From: a virus
Reading direction: 5' to 3' (one strand)
DNA length: 40,172 nt
Virus record (IMG/VR): IMGVR_UViG_3300045988_146023
Each line of letters begins with the position of its first letter. The first letter of the stretch is position 1. Shown in pieces: positions 5,440-13,231 of this stretch. The translations under genes and the position numbers were made by a program. The notes beneath the pieces were generated by a model that was given only the letters and a program-made list of their open reading frames with translations, did no database searches and was not told the origin of the DNA.

Positions 5440-5485
5440 CGTCCGGCAGGTGCAAAGCCTGGTTCGATTCCAGGCCGGGCGGCCA
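5440..5485 (+). ncRNA. tRNA-like minihelix B (acceptor-like stem, T arm and encoded CCA)
   Basis: CGUCCGG (5440-5446) pairs with CCGGGCG (5475-5481). The T arm is CCUGG-UUCGAUU-CCAGG (5458-5474), followed by G-CCA. Only an 11-nt linker stands where the D and anticodon arms should be. Confidence 0.4.
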
Positions 5486-5653
5486 ACCCCGAAAGGGGAA
5501 TATCAAACAGAAAGGAAGTGAATTCTCTCCTTCGCTGCTTCCTTTCACATGGTTTGGTAACACATTGTCTTGTATGCTCTTTCGAGCTACCCGGCGCGCG
5601 GGAAAAGCCGGTTACAAACCCGCGACATGGCCCGAGGATTTAGGGCCATATAC

Positions 5654-5729
5654 GGTTCCCTATCTCAAGAGGCAGAGATCCCGGCTCATAACCGGGAATA
5701 TCCTGGTTCGAGGCCAGGGGGAACCACCA
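5654..5729 (+). tRNA. tRNA-Met (anticodon CAT), or tRNA-Ile2 if the C is lysidinylated
   Basis: Hand-folded cloverleaf. Acceptor GGTTCCC/GGGAACC; D stem TCTC/GAGA with loop AAGAGGCA; anticodon arm CCCGG-CTCATAA-CCGGG; variable loop AATAT; T arm CCTGG-TTCGAGG-CCAGG; discriminator A; encoded CCA. G1:C72 argues against an initiator. Confidence 0.85.
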
Positions 5730-5757
5730 GAATACAGAATACGGAACGGGAGGGAGC

Positions 5758-5901
5758 ATGGACAGAGACACGATACAGAGGATCCAGGCCCTTCTGAAAC
5801 GGGATGGGCGCGTGGAGCTCATTTCCGGGCCCAACGGGACGGTGAAGGTTGTGCAGATCAAGCGCAAGGTTGTTCTGGAGGGCAAGCTTACAGACGAATA
5901 G
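5758..5901 (+). CDS. Small hypothetical protein (47 aa), absent from the ORF track
   Basis: SD GGGAGGGAG lies 1 nt before ATG 5758. Sequence: MDRDTIQRIQALLKRDGRVELISGPNGTVKVVQIKRKVVLEGKLTDE. It is followed by a strong terminator. Confidence 0.5.
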   Translation: MDRDTIQRIQALLKRDGRVELISGPNGTVKVVQIKRKVVLEGKLTDE

Positions 5902-5936
5902 AGACCTCCCTGGGAATGGCTGGGGAGAAGGACCGA

Positions 5937-5982
5937 ACGGGGTCAACTTGTTGGAATTTCCGACAGGTTGGCCCCGTTTTTG
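5937..5982 (+). terminator. Strong rho-independent terminator 35 nt upstream of terL
   Basis: A 14-bp stem (5937-5950 with 5964-5977, two G-U pairs) followed by TTTTT (5977-5981). Confidence 0.8.
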
Positions 5983-6016
5983 CGTTTGGAGGTGAGGAGA
6001 GACGGCACGGCGAAGG

Positions 6017-7477
6017 ATGAGCAAGGTCCAGAAGAAGGACGTGGTCTGGGACCCGGGAGAAGCCAACGCGAAGCAGAAGCTGTTCTATCTCTCCCGAACA
6101 ACCTATACCGCTTATGGCGGGGCCAAGGGCGGCGGCAAGACCCATGCCGTTCGCATCAAGGCTGTGGGTGGGGCCATTGCCAACCCGGGCATCAAGATCC
6201 TCATCATGCGGCGGACCTATCCAGAATTGGAGGAAAACCACATCCGGCCCATTGTGAAGATGGTGCCGCCTGCGCTGGCCTCCTACAACGCCACCACCCA
6301 CCTGATGACCTTTCACAACGGGAGCACCATCAAGTTTGGCCATTGGAGCGGCGACGCCTCGGAGGATGAGTACAACGGCCTGGAATATGACTGGATTTTC
6401 ATCGACGAGGCCACGCAGTTTTCCGAGCGGAGTTTCAATTTCCTGGGCGGCTGCTTGCGCGGCGTGAACCAGTTCCCAAAGCGGATGTACCTCACCTGCA
6501 ACCCCGGCGGCGTCGGCCACCGGTGGGTGAAGCGGCTGTTCATTGACCGGCAGTTCAAGCAGAACTGCGACAACCCGGAAGAGAACGAGAATCCGGAGGA
6601 TTATACCTTCATCCCGGCGACGGTGGAGGACAACTACCACCTGATGGCCTCTTCCCCGGGGTATGTGCGGATGCTGGCGAACATGCCGGAGGATAAGCGG
6701 CGGGCCTACCGGTACGGCGATTGGAATGCCATCGGCGGGAACTTTTTCCCGGAATTCTCTACCGCGACCCACGTTGTGCAGCCGTTTCGCATCCCGGAGC
6801 ATTGGCAGCGGTACCGCAGTTTCGACTACGGCCTGGACATGTTCGCCTGCTTCTGGTGGGCGGTAGACGAAGACGGAAGGTCTTGGTGCTACCGGGAATT
6901 CACCCACAAGGGCCTCATTGTCAAAGAGGCGGCAGAGAAGATCCACGAGTTGACGCTGCCGGGAGAGCATGTTTCTGCCACCTATGCCCCGCCGGATATG
7001 TGGAGCCGGCAAAAAGACACCGGCAAGACCATGGCGGAGGTGTTCATGCTGAACCAGGTTGGCCTGATCCGGGCGGACAACAACCGGGTGCAGGGACACC
7101 TGATGATGAAGGAAGCGTTGGCCCCAAGGCCGCTGCGCGACCCCTATGTGCAGGCTATGTTCCGCCGGGAAGACGGGACGGCGCCGGACAAGCTGCCGGG
7201 CCTTATGTTCTTCGATGCCTGCAAAGAGGTTATCGGGGATATCCAGGATATCCAGGCGGACGAGAAAAACCCCAACGACTGTGCCAAGGACCCCCACGAA
7301 GTGACCCACACGGTGGACGGGGTGCGGTATTACTGCATTTCCCGTGTGCTGCCTGCACAGCCGGAGAAGGACGAGAAGAAGGTTGTCCTGTATGACGATG
7401 ACGAGGACAGCATGGAGAGCTACGAGGAGTTCATGGTAGGAAGCGGGGCCCCCAGCCCCAGCTATCTTGCGTTGTGA
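6017..7477 (+). CDS. terL: Terminase large subunit
   Basis: 486 aa. Walker A is YGGAKGGGKTH and Walker B is WIFIDEATQF. The C-terminal half is nuclease-like with conserved acidic residues. Confidence 0.92.
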   Translation: MSKVQKKDVVWDPGEANAKQKLFYLSRTTYTAYGGAKGGGKTHAVRIKAVGGAIANPGIKILIMRRTYPELEENHIRPIVKMVPPALASYNATTHLMTFHNGSTIKFGHWSGDASEDEYNGLEYDWIFIDEATQFSERSFNFLGGCLRGVNQFPKRMYLTCNPGGVGHRWVKRLFIDRQFKQNCDNPEENENPEDYTFIPATVEDNYHLMASSPGYVRMLANMPEDKRRAYRYGDWNAIGGNFFPEFSTATHVVQPFRIPEHWQRYRSFDYGLDMFACFWWAVDEDGRSWCYREFTHKGLIVKEAAEKIHELTLPGEHVSATYAPPDMWSRQKDTGKTMAEVFMLNQVGLIRADNNRVQGHLMMKEALAPRPLRDPYVQAMFRREDGTAPDKLPGLMFFDACKEVIGDIQDIQADEKNPNDCAKDPHEVTHTVDGVRYYCISRVLPAQPEKDEKKVVLYDDDEDSMESYEEFMVGSGAPSPSYLAL

Positions 7478-7487
7478 GGAGGACACT

Positions 7488-7787
7488 ATGGAAACCATTC
7501 TGTTTGGCATCGGAACTGCGCTTGCCCTTGTGTGTTTTGTCGTTCTGCTGGTGCTGGAGCACAAGAACGAAAAGCACCTGGATGAGTTGAGCACGCGCCT
7601 GGCCAGCATCTCCCTTAAAGTGCGAAGCCTTGAGAAGAAGGTAGAACACTTGGAACAGGTTTGGAAAGCGGAAGAGGGTGACCGAGAGACCCGGAAGAGA
7701 CAGGAGGAACTGCTGTTTACCGGGATCAACAACATCCTCAATTACGACATGAACGCAGCCAGAAAGGCAGGCGGTGACGATGCCTAA
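7488..7787 (+). CDS. Membrane-anchored coiled-coil protein (BhlA/UviB-like architecture)
   Basis: An N-terminal TM helix (ILFGIGTALALVCFVVLLVL) is followed by a charged coiled coil. SD GAGGAGG precedes ATG 7488. Confidence 0.6.
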   Translation: METILFGIGTALALVCFVVLLVLEHKNEKHLDELSTRLASISLKVRSLEKKVEHLEQVWKAEEGDRETRKRQEELLFTGINNILNYDMNAARKAGGDDA

Positions 7788-9552
7788 GAGAGAGAAAAAG
7801 CCGGACACTTCCGGCCTGAACACCTACTCCCTGGGGAAGGAGAGCAAGCTGCCGGACTGCGGGACGGCGTGGAAGTTGTACGAGCGAGGACTGGACTTCA
7901 ACTCCAGCATCAATCTGGAGGACACTGTCCGCGTCAACGAGAACTTCTTCATCGGGAAACAGTGGGAGGGCGTGATTTCCAACGGGCTTCCCACTCCCGT
8001 GTTCAACTTCCTAAAGCGGGTGTGCTGCTTCACGGTGGCGACCATCACCAGCGACAACATCAAGGTCAACGCTTCCCCACTGTCTGCGACGCCGAACACC
8101 ACGTCGCTTGTGGAGCCGGTTCGGATCATCAACGAGGAACTGGATGCGCTGACGGAGTTGAACAACATCCCGTCGCTGATGCGTGAGTTCGCCAGAAATG
8201 CCGCTGTGGATGGGGACGGGTGCCTTTACACCTGGTGGGACCCGGACGCGGAGACCGGGCAGGACGCCAAGGGGTGTATCCGAACCGAGATTGTAGAGAA
8301 TCTCCGGGTCCATTTCGGCAACCCCAACGACCGAGATGTGCAGAGCCAGCCGTGGATCATTCTGGAGCGGCGGGAAATTATCTCCGCAGCCCAGGCAGAG
8401 GCCAAGGAGAACGGCTTCGAGACCTGGCGGAACATCGGCGGGGACGGCGACAACACCAACCCGGACGCGGCCAAAGAGACCACGGACAAGGTGACCACCA
8501 TCCTGCTCTTCTGGCGGGACACCAAGACCCGCCACATCTGGGCGTACAAGTGCGCCCGGGGGTCCTCCATCCGGGAGCCGTGGGATTTGGGGATCAAGCT
8601 ATATCCCATTTCCTGGCTGAACTGGGACTACATCCAGGACTGTTTCCACGGGCAGGCCATGATTACCGGTCTGATTCCCAATCAGATTTTCGTAAATAAG
8701 CTCTGGGCCATGTCGCAGCTGTCCCTGATGACCACGGCATTTCCCAAGGTCGTGTACGACGCGACCAGGGTCGGAAAATGGGACAACCGGATTGGCGCTG
8801 CCATCGGGATCCAGGGCGGCGACGTGAACAACGTAGCCAAGATCATTGACCCGGCCAGCATCTCCCCGCAAATCTCCCAGTTCATTCAATTGGCGGTGGA
8901 GGAGACGGAGCAGAGTTTGGGCGCAACATCCGTTGCCCTGGGCGACACGCGGCCTGACAACACATCGGCCATCATTGCCTTGCAGCGGGCTGCCTCCACC
9001 CCGTCGGAGATTACAAAGCAAAACCTGTATAAGTCCATTGAGGACCTATACAGGATCTACATCGAGTTTATGGGCGAGTATTACGGCAAACGGTATGTGG
9101 ACATGACCACGCCGGAAGAAGTCCGGCAGGTCTATGACTTCATTGGACAGGAGACCCCGGCAGAGATTCCGATGCAGTTTGACTTTTCCCAGCTGAAAGA
9201 CATGCCCATGCACATCAAACTGGACATCGGGGCCAGTTCGTACTACTCGGAAATCGCCTCCATCCAGACGTTGGACAACCTGTTGAAGATGGGGAAGATC
9301 GACACCGTTCAGTATCTGGAGCGAATTCCCGACGGCTACATCCCAGGACGGAGAGAGCTCATCAACGAACTGAAAGAGCAGCAGAGAAACGCCATGGCTA
9401 TGCAGGCGCAGATGCAGCAGGGCGTCCCCCAGAACCCCGGCGGGGCCCCGGTGGCGGGAGACACCACAAAGGACGAGATCCCGACGGGAGGCGGATATTC
9501 CGCTTTGCAACGAAAGGTCAACGAGACCGGGACCACCGCAGGGATGGTTTGA
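7774..9552 (+). CDS. Portal protein (putative)
   Basis: 592 aa, located immediately after terL, with a Gln/Gly-rich C-terminal tail. The start is GTG 7774 or ATG 7780. The call rests on position, size and general resemblance only. Confidence 0.65.
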   Translation: MTMPKREKKPDTSGLNTYSLGKESKLPDCGTAWKLYERGLDFNSSINLEDTVRVNENFFIGKQWEGVISNGLPTPVFNFLKRVCCFTVATITSDNIKVNASPLSATPNTTSLVEPVRIINEELDALTELNNIPSLMREFARNAAVDGDGCLYTWWDPDAETGQDAKGCIRTEIVENLRVHFGNPNDRDVQSQPWIILERREIISAAQAEAKENGFETWRNIGGDGDNTNPDAAKETTDKVTTILLFWRDTKTRHIWAYKCARGSSIREPWDLGIKLYPISWLNWDYIQDCFHGQAMITGLIPNQIFVNKLWAMSQLSLMTTAFPKVVYDATRVGKWDNRIGAAIGIQGGDVNNVAKIIDPASISPQISQFIQLAVEETEQSLGATSVALGDTRPDNTSAIIALQRAASTPSEITKQNLYKSIEDLYRIYIEFMGEYYGKRYVDMTTPEEVRQVYDFIGQETPAEIPMQFDFSQLKDMPMHIKLDIGASSYYSEIASIQTLDNLLKMGKIDTVQYLERIPDGYIPGRRELINELKEQQRNAMAMQAQMQQGVPQNPGGAPVAGDTTKDEIPTGGGYSALQRKVNETGTTAGMV

Positions 9553-9570
9553 CCGAATGGGAGGTGCCAC

Positions 9571-9834
9571 ATGACGGAATGGGAAGTGGTTGGAGTCATT
9601 GTGGTCCTCGTTGGCCTCGTGATTTCCGTTGCCGGTCCAATGGTGAAGCTGAATTCCACCATCACGAGGCTGACGGTGCAGATGGCGAATTTCACCCAGG
9701 GATTGGAGGAATTCAAGGACCGATACAAGGACCAACTCAAGGAGTTTAAGGACGTACACGAAGACATTTACGAAAAGGTGGACGATCACGAGCACCGAAT
9801 TACGGTGCTGGAGGAAAGGAGGGAGGACCGATGA
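9571..9834 (+). CDS. Holin-like / BhlA-like membrane protein
   Basis: 87 aa with an N-terminal TM helix (VVGVIVVLVGLVISVAGPMV) and a coiled-coil tail. It sits directly upstream of the holin and amidase. Confidence 0.5.
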   Translation: MTEWEVVGVIVVLVGLVISVAGPMVKLNSTITRLTVQMANFTQGLEEFKDRYKDQLKEFKDVHEDIYEKVDDHEHRITVLEERREDR

Positions 9835-10049
9835 GCGAGAAATGGAAACTCTGGTGGAAGGCTGCCGGGGTGCGGGCCATCAAGACCATGGCTCAAACCG
9901 CTGTCGCCACCATCGGCGCAGCCGCTGTGTTGTCTGACGTTAACTGGGTCATGGCGGTGTCTGCCGCTGTGCTGGCTGGGGTGCTGTCTCTGCTGACCTC
10001 CGTTGCGGGGCTCCCCGAAGTCAAGCAGGAGGTGAGTACCGGTGAGTAA
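9831..10049 (+). CDS. Holin (r1t/LL-H-type)
   Basis: 72 aa. WWKAAGVRAIKTMAQTAVATIGAA... and the second TM ending LSLLTSVAGLPEV match the pattern of r1t-type holins. It overlaps the amidase start. Confidence 0.7.
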   Translation: MSEKWKLWWKAAGVRAIKTMAQTAVATIGAAAVLSDVNWVMAVSAAVLAGVLSLLTSVAGLPEVKQEVSTGE

Positions 10050-10818
10050 CAGTAAACTCGTTGCATACACGAAATTGTCCCCTCACTGTACGAAGCCCAG
10101 ACAGGGGAAAATCAAGGGCATCTCCATCCATACGATGGCTGGCCCTGGCAGTGTGGAGGGCTGTGGTCAGGTATTCCAGCCCTCCGAGGCATCCAGCCAT
10201 TACGGCATTGGCCCAGATGGGCGAATTGGCCAGTACGTTCTGGAGGAAAATCGGGCCTGGTGCTGCTCCCACAAGGTGGACCATGAGGTGGTAACCATTG
10301 AGGTCTCCAGCATCCAGAGTTATCAGGAGCCTTATGAATGCACCGACGCAGCCTTTGAGAGCCTGATTAACCTGTGCGTGGACATCTGCCAGCGCAACGG
10401 CATCCGGGAACTCATCTGGAAGGAGGGCAAACAGTATTGCCCCGCGTTTACCGGCGACTGGGCCGTGTGCAACATGGTCCCCCACCGATACACCACAGAC
10501 AAGGGCAAGAGCTGCCCGGGAAACTATCTGTTTGGGAAATATGGCGAGATCGCAAAACTTGTCAATGCGCGACTGAAAGGAGAGGACGAGGACATGGACA
10601 TCAATAAGCTGCTCCAGGAAATGACCGACGAGCAGGCCTATCAGATTTACCAGAAGGCCATCCAGCACATAGTGACCCTGCCGGAGCCGGAGTGGTCCCA
10701 GGAGGAGGGGGCCTGGAAGAAGGCCAAGGAAACCGGTGTCATGGACGGCACCAGCCCGGAACGCCCCCTGAAACGGGATGAGTTCGCGGCTGTTCTGGAC
10801 CGGAAGGGGCTGCTGTGA
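10042..10818 (+). CDS. N-acetylmuramoyl-L-alanine amidase (endolysin, Amidase_2/PGRP type)
   Basis: ISIHTMAG...ASSHYGIGPDGRIGQYVLEENRAW...TIEV... is an amidase_2 signature. Starts at GTG, 10 nt after GGAGG. Confidence 0.85.
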   Translation: MSNSKLVAYTKLSPHCTKPRQGKIKGISIHTMAGPGSVEGCGQVFQPSEASSHYGIGPDGRIGQYVLEENRAWCCSHKVDHEVVTIEVSSIQSYQEPYECTDAAFESLINLCVDICQRNGIRELIWKEGKQYCPAFTGDWAVCNMVPHRYTTDKGKSCPGNYLFGKYGEIAKLVNARLKGEDEDMDINKLLQEMTDEQAYQIYQKAIQHIVTLPEPEWSQEEGAWKKAKETGVMDGTSPERPLKRDEFAAVLDRKGLL

Positions 10819-11090
10819 TGGACGTGACCATCCACAACCCGGACAACATCCCCGAGGAGATTGTGCAAGCGGCCATTGCCATGATGGAGCAGGAAGAGGG
10901 GCGGCACGTGGTGGAGCTCTCCATCCGCCGCACCGGCGATCCCGACGAATACGGGATCACCCCCGTTTTTGAAAAGGTGCCCTTCCAGAGGATCCGGCGG
11001 ATCACCGGTTACCTGGTGGGAACTCTGGACCGGTTCAACAACGCCAAGCGGGCGGAAGTGGAGGACCGGGTGAAGCATACAACCAACTGA
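10818..11090 (+). CDS. Stand-alone NrdD-type glycyl-radical domain protein (90 aa)
   Basis: The C-terminus FQRIRRITGYLVGTLDRFNNAKRAEVEDRVKH matches the extreme C-terminus (glycyl radical loop, RxxGY) of class III ribonucleotide reductases. No catalytic barrel is present. The ATG overlaps the amidase stop (TGATG). Confidence 0.7.
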   Translation: MDVTIHNPDNIPEEIVQAAIAMMEQEEGRHVVELSIRRTGDPDEYGITPVFEKVPFQRIRRITGYLVGTLDRFNNAKRAEVEDRVKHTTN

Positions 11091-11154
11091 CCGCAAACCA
11101 GCGGGAACCAAAGAACAAACTTGGGCCACCCATGCCCAATAGGAGGAACTACAC

Positions 11155-12072
11155 ATGGACGAACTGACTGTGAACACCATCCCTGAAAGCACCGAAAGCG
11201 TGACAGAAGATCCAGCCCGAGACCCGGACGATTGGTCCGACATCGACTTTTCGGATCTGGAGATCCTGGACGGAGACGAAGAGGAAAGCCAGGGAGGCGA
11301 GACACAGAATGACACTGCGGAACCGGAAGCAGACCAGCAGGAAGGGGAAGCAGAGGCCGAAGCGGCCAACGAGCCCACAGCCGAAGCGCAGGAGCAGACT
11401 GACGGATCGGAAGCGGCAGACCAGCCGGAACTGATCGAGTTGAAACACCTGGGCCAGACGGTGCGGGTAACCCCGGAGCAGCTGAACGCCTACGCCCAGA
11501 TGGGCCTGGACTACCAGCGGATCCGGGAGGACCGGGACGCGGCGCGGAAAGAGGTGGAACGCCTCACCGCTATGGAGACTTTCCTCAAGGAACTCGCTGC
11601 GCCCCAGGGAATCTCCGTTGAGGACCTGATCGACGGGGCACGGGCCGAGGTGCTGGCCAAGAAGGAGCACCTGAACAAGGACGTTGCCCTCCAGAGAATC
11701 AAGCTGGACCGAGAGAGAAAGGCCTTCGAGGCCCAGAAGGACCAGCAAAAGAAGGAAGCCCAGGCCAAAAGCCAGGAAGAGGCGAAACGGCAGGAACAGT
11801 TCCTGCGGTTTGCCCGGACCTATCCGAAGGTGAAACCCAACGACATCCCCAAGGATGTGTGGGACGCCTTCAAGGACGGCGAGGACCTGGTGAACGCCTA
11901 TGCCAGATTCGAGAACCGGGAACTCAGGGAGAAAGTCTCCAAGCTGGAGAGCCAGCTGGAGACAGCGAAGAAGAACAGCGAGAACAAACGACGGTCCGCA
12001 GGAAGCCAGAGAAGCGCGGGCAGCGCCAGTGAAATGGACGAGTTTGACCGCGCCTGGTACGACGGGACCTGA
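11155..12072 (+). CDS. Scaffolding protein (putative)
   Basis: 305 aa, highly acidic and coiled-coil-rich, located directly upstream of the major capsid gene. Confidence 0.6.
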   Translation: MDELTVNTIPESTESVTEDPARDPDDWSDIDFSDLEILDGDEEESQGGETQNDTAEPEADQQEGEAEAEAANEPTAEAQEQTDGSEAADQPELIELKHLGQTVRVTPEQLNAYAQMGLDYQRIREDRDAARKEVERLTAMETFLKELAAPQGISVEDLIDGARAEVLAKKEHLNKDVALQRIKLDRERKAFEAQKDQQKKEAQAKSQEEAKRQEQFLRFARTYPKVKPNDIPKDVWDAFKDGEDLVNAYARFENRELREKVSKLESQLETAKKNSENKRRSAGSQRSAGSASEMDEFDRAWYDGT

Positions 12073-12115
12073 TTGCCCCCTACCATGAATTTGGGGGCAG
12101 GAAGGAGAAGAGAAT

Positions 12116-13186
12116 ATGGCTACGATCAATCTTGCCACCAAATATGAGAAGAAGCTGGACGAGCGCTTTAAGCTCTCCTCCGTGACCGATGCTTACGCCG
12201 GTAAGCAGTATGATTTTGAGGGCGTCAACGCCATCAAGATTTGGACCATTGACCAGGTGCCCATCAACGACTACAACCGGAACGCCTCCGCAAGCCGCTT
12301 CGGCACCATCAACGAACTGGGCGACACCGTGCAGACCCTGGTGATGACCCAGGACAAGTCCTATACCTTCGCCATCGACGCCGGGAACGCCGGGGAGCAG
12401 TACAACATCAAGCACTGCAACGCCGTTCTGAAGCAGGTCTGGGACGAGCAGGTGACCCCTGAGATTGACGCCTACCGCCTGAACGTGTGGGCCAGCGGTG
12501 CTGGTCTAGTGACTCCCGGTGCTGCCCTGACCAAGGACACCGTGGTGGAAGCCCTGCTGACCGGCCATGCCGCCATGAGCAACAAGCGGGTGCCCAAGGG
12601 CAAGGCCCGTGTCACCTTCATTTCTGAGACCCTGGCTATCCAGACCAAGCTGGCGACCAACCTTCAGAACAACGAGAAGTACACCACCGGCGCTATCCTG
12701 AACGGCCAGATCGGTGTGATCAACGGCTCCCCCATTGTGGCTGTGCCTGATGACCTTCTGCCCGCTGGCGTGCAGTTCATGATCAAGTACAAGGGTGCTA
12801 CCGTTGACCCCATGAAGCGGAAGGTCCTGCGTGTGCAGACCCACCCTCTGGGCTTCGACGCCGACGTGGGCGAGGGCCGCTACATCCACGACTCTTTCGT
12901 GCTGGCCCAGAAGATCAACGGCCTGTATGTGTATGCCAACACCGCCAATGCAGCTGTCACCCCCACCATTTCCATTGCTGCGGGCGGCGAGGTGACCATG
13001 ACCGCTGCCGGTTCCGACGGCATCAAGTACACCCTGGACGGCACCAACCCCAAGACTTCCGATACTGCACAGACCTATGCCTCCGGGAGCAAGCCTAACG
13101 CTGCCGCTGGCGTGACTGTCAAGGCTTATGCCTACAAGTCCGGCCTGCTGAACTCCGGCGTTGCCGAGAGCGTCAGCGCGGGCTGA
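12116..13186 (+). CDS. Major capsid protein with a C-terminal Fn3/chitobiase-C-like domain
   Basis: 356 aa, positioned after the scaffold. The C-terminal ~80 aa (GIKYTLDGTNPKTS..TYASGSKP..GVTVKAYAYKSGLLNSGV) resemble surface-exposed Fn3-associated domains. Confidence 0.7.
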   Translation: MATINLATKYEKKLDERFKLSSVTDAYAGKQYDFEGVNAIKIWTIDQVPINDYNRNASASRFGTINELGDTVQTLVMTQDKSYTFAIDAGNAGEQYNIKHCNAVLKQVWDEQVTPEIDAYRLNVWASGAGLVTPGAALTKDTVVEALLTGHAAMSNKRVPKGKARVTFISETLAIQTKLATNLQNNEKYTTGAILNGQIGVINGSPIVAVPDDLLPAGVQFMIKYKGATVDPMKRKVLRVQTHPLGFDADVGEGRYIHDSFVLAQKINGLYVYANTANAAVTPTISIAAGGEVTMTAAGSDGIKYTLDGTNPKTSDTAQTYASGSKPNAAAGVTVKAYAYKSGLLNSGVAESVSAG

Positions 13187-13197
13187 TCTACACCTGT

Positions 13198-13231
13198 AAC
13201 GGGGTGGGAGGAACCACCTCCCACCCCGTTT
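13198..13231 (+). terminator. Perfect 14-bp hairpin after the capsid gene (attenuator or stabiliser)
   Basis: AACGGGGTGGGAGG (13198-13211) pairs with CCTCCCACCCCGTT (13217-13230). The loop is AACCA and only a short T tract follows. Confidence 0.55.

Noticed and set aside
5347-5485. tmRNA or intron-split tRNA explanation for the T-arm elements
   Set aside because: No GGGG..CCACCA-type acceptor with a G3:U70 pair and no tag-peptide reading frame was found. No matching 5' acceptor strand (YGYYYGG) exists anywhere upstream in the island.
4963-6020. Track ORFs inside the terS-terL gap (4963-5205, 5296-5643, 5379-6020 and others)
   Set aside because: They are G/R/P-rich, mutually overlapping, lack SDs, and coincide with tRNA and hairpin structures. 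The region is treated as non-coding except for the 47-aa ORF at 5758-5901.
5888-7741. 617-aa minus-strand ORF covering terL
   Set aside because: It is antisense to a gene with clear Walker motifs, has low-complexity R/P/G/V-rich composition and no SD. This is a typical shadow ORF in GC-rich DNA.
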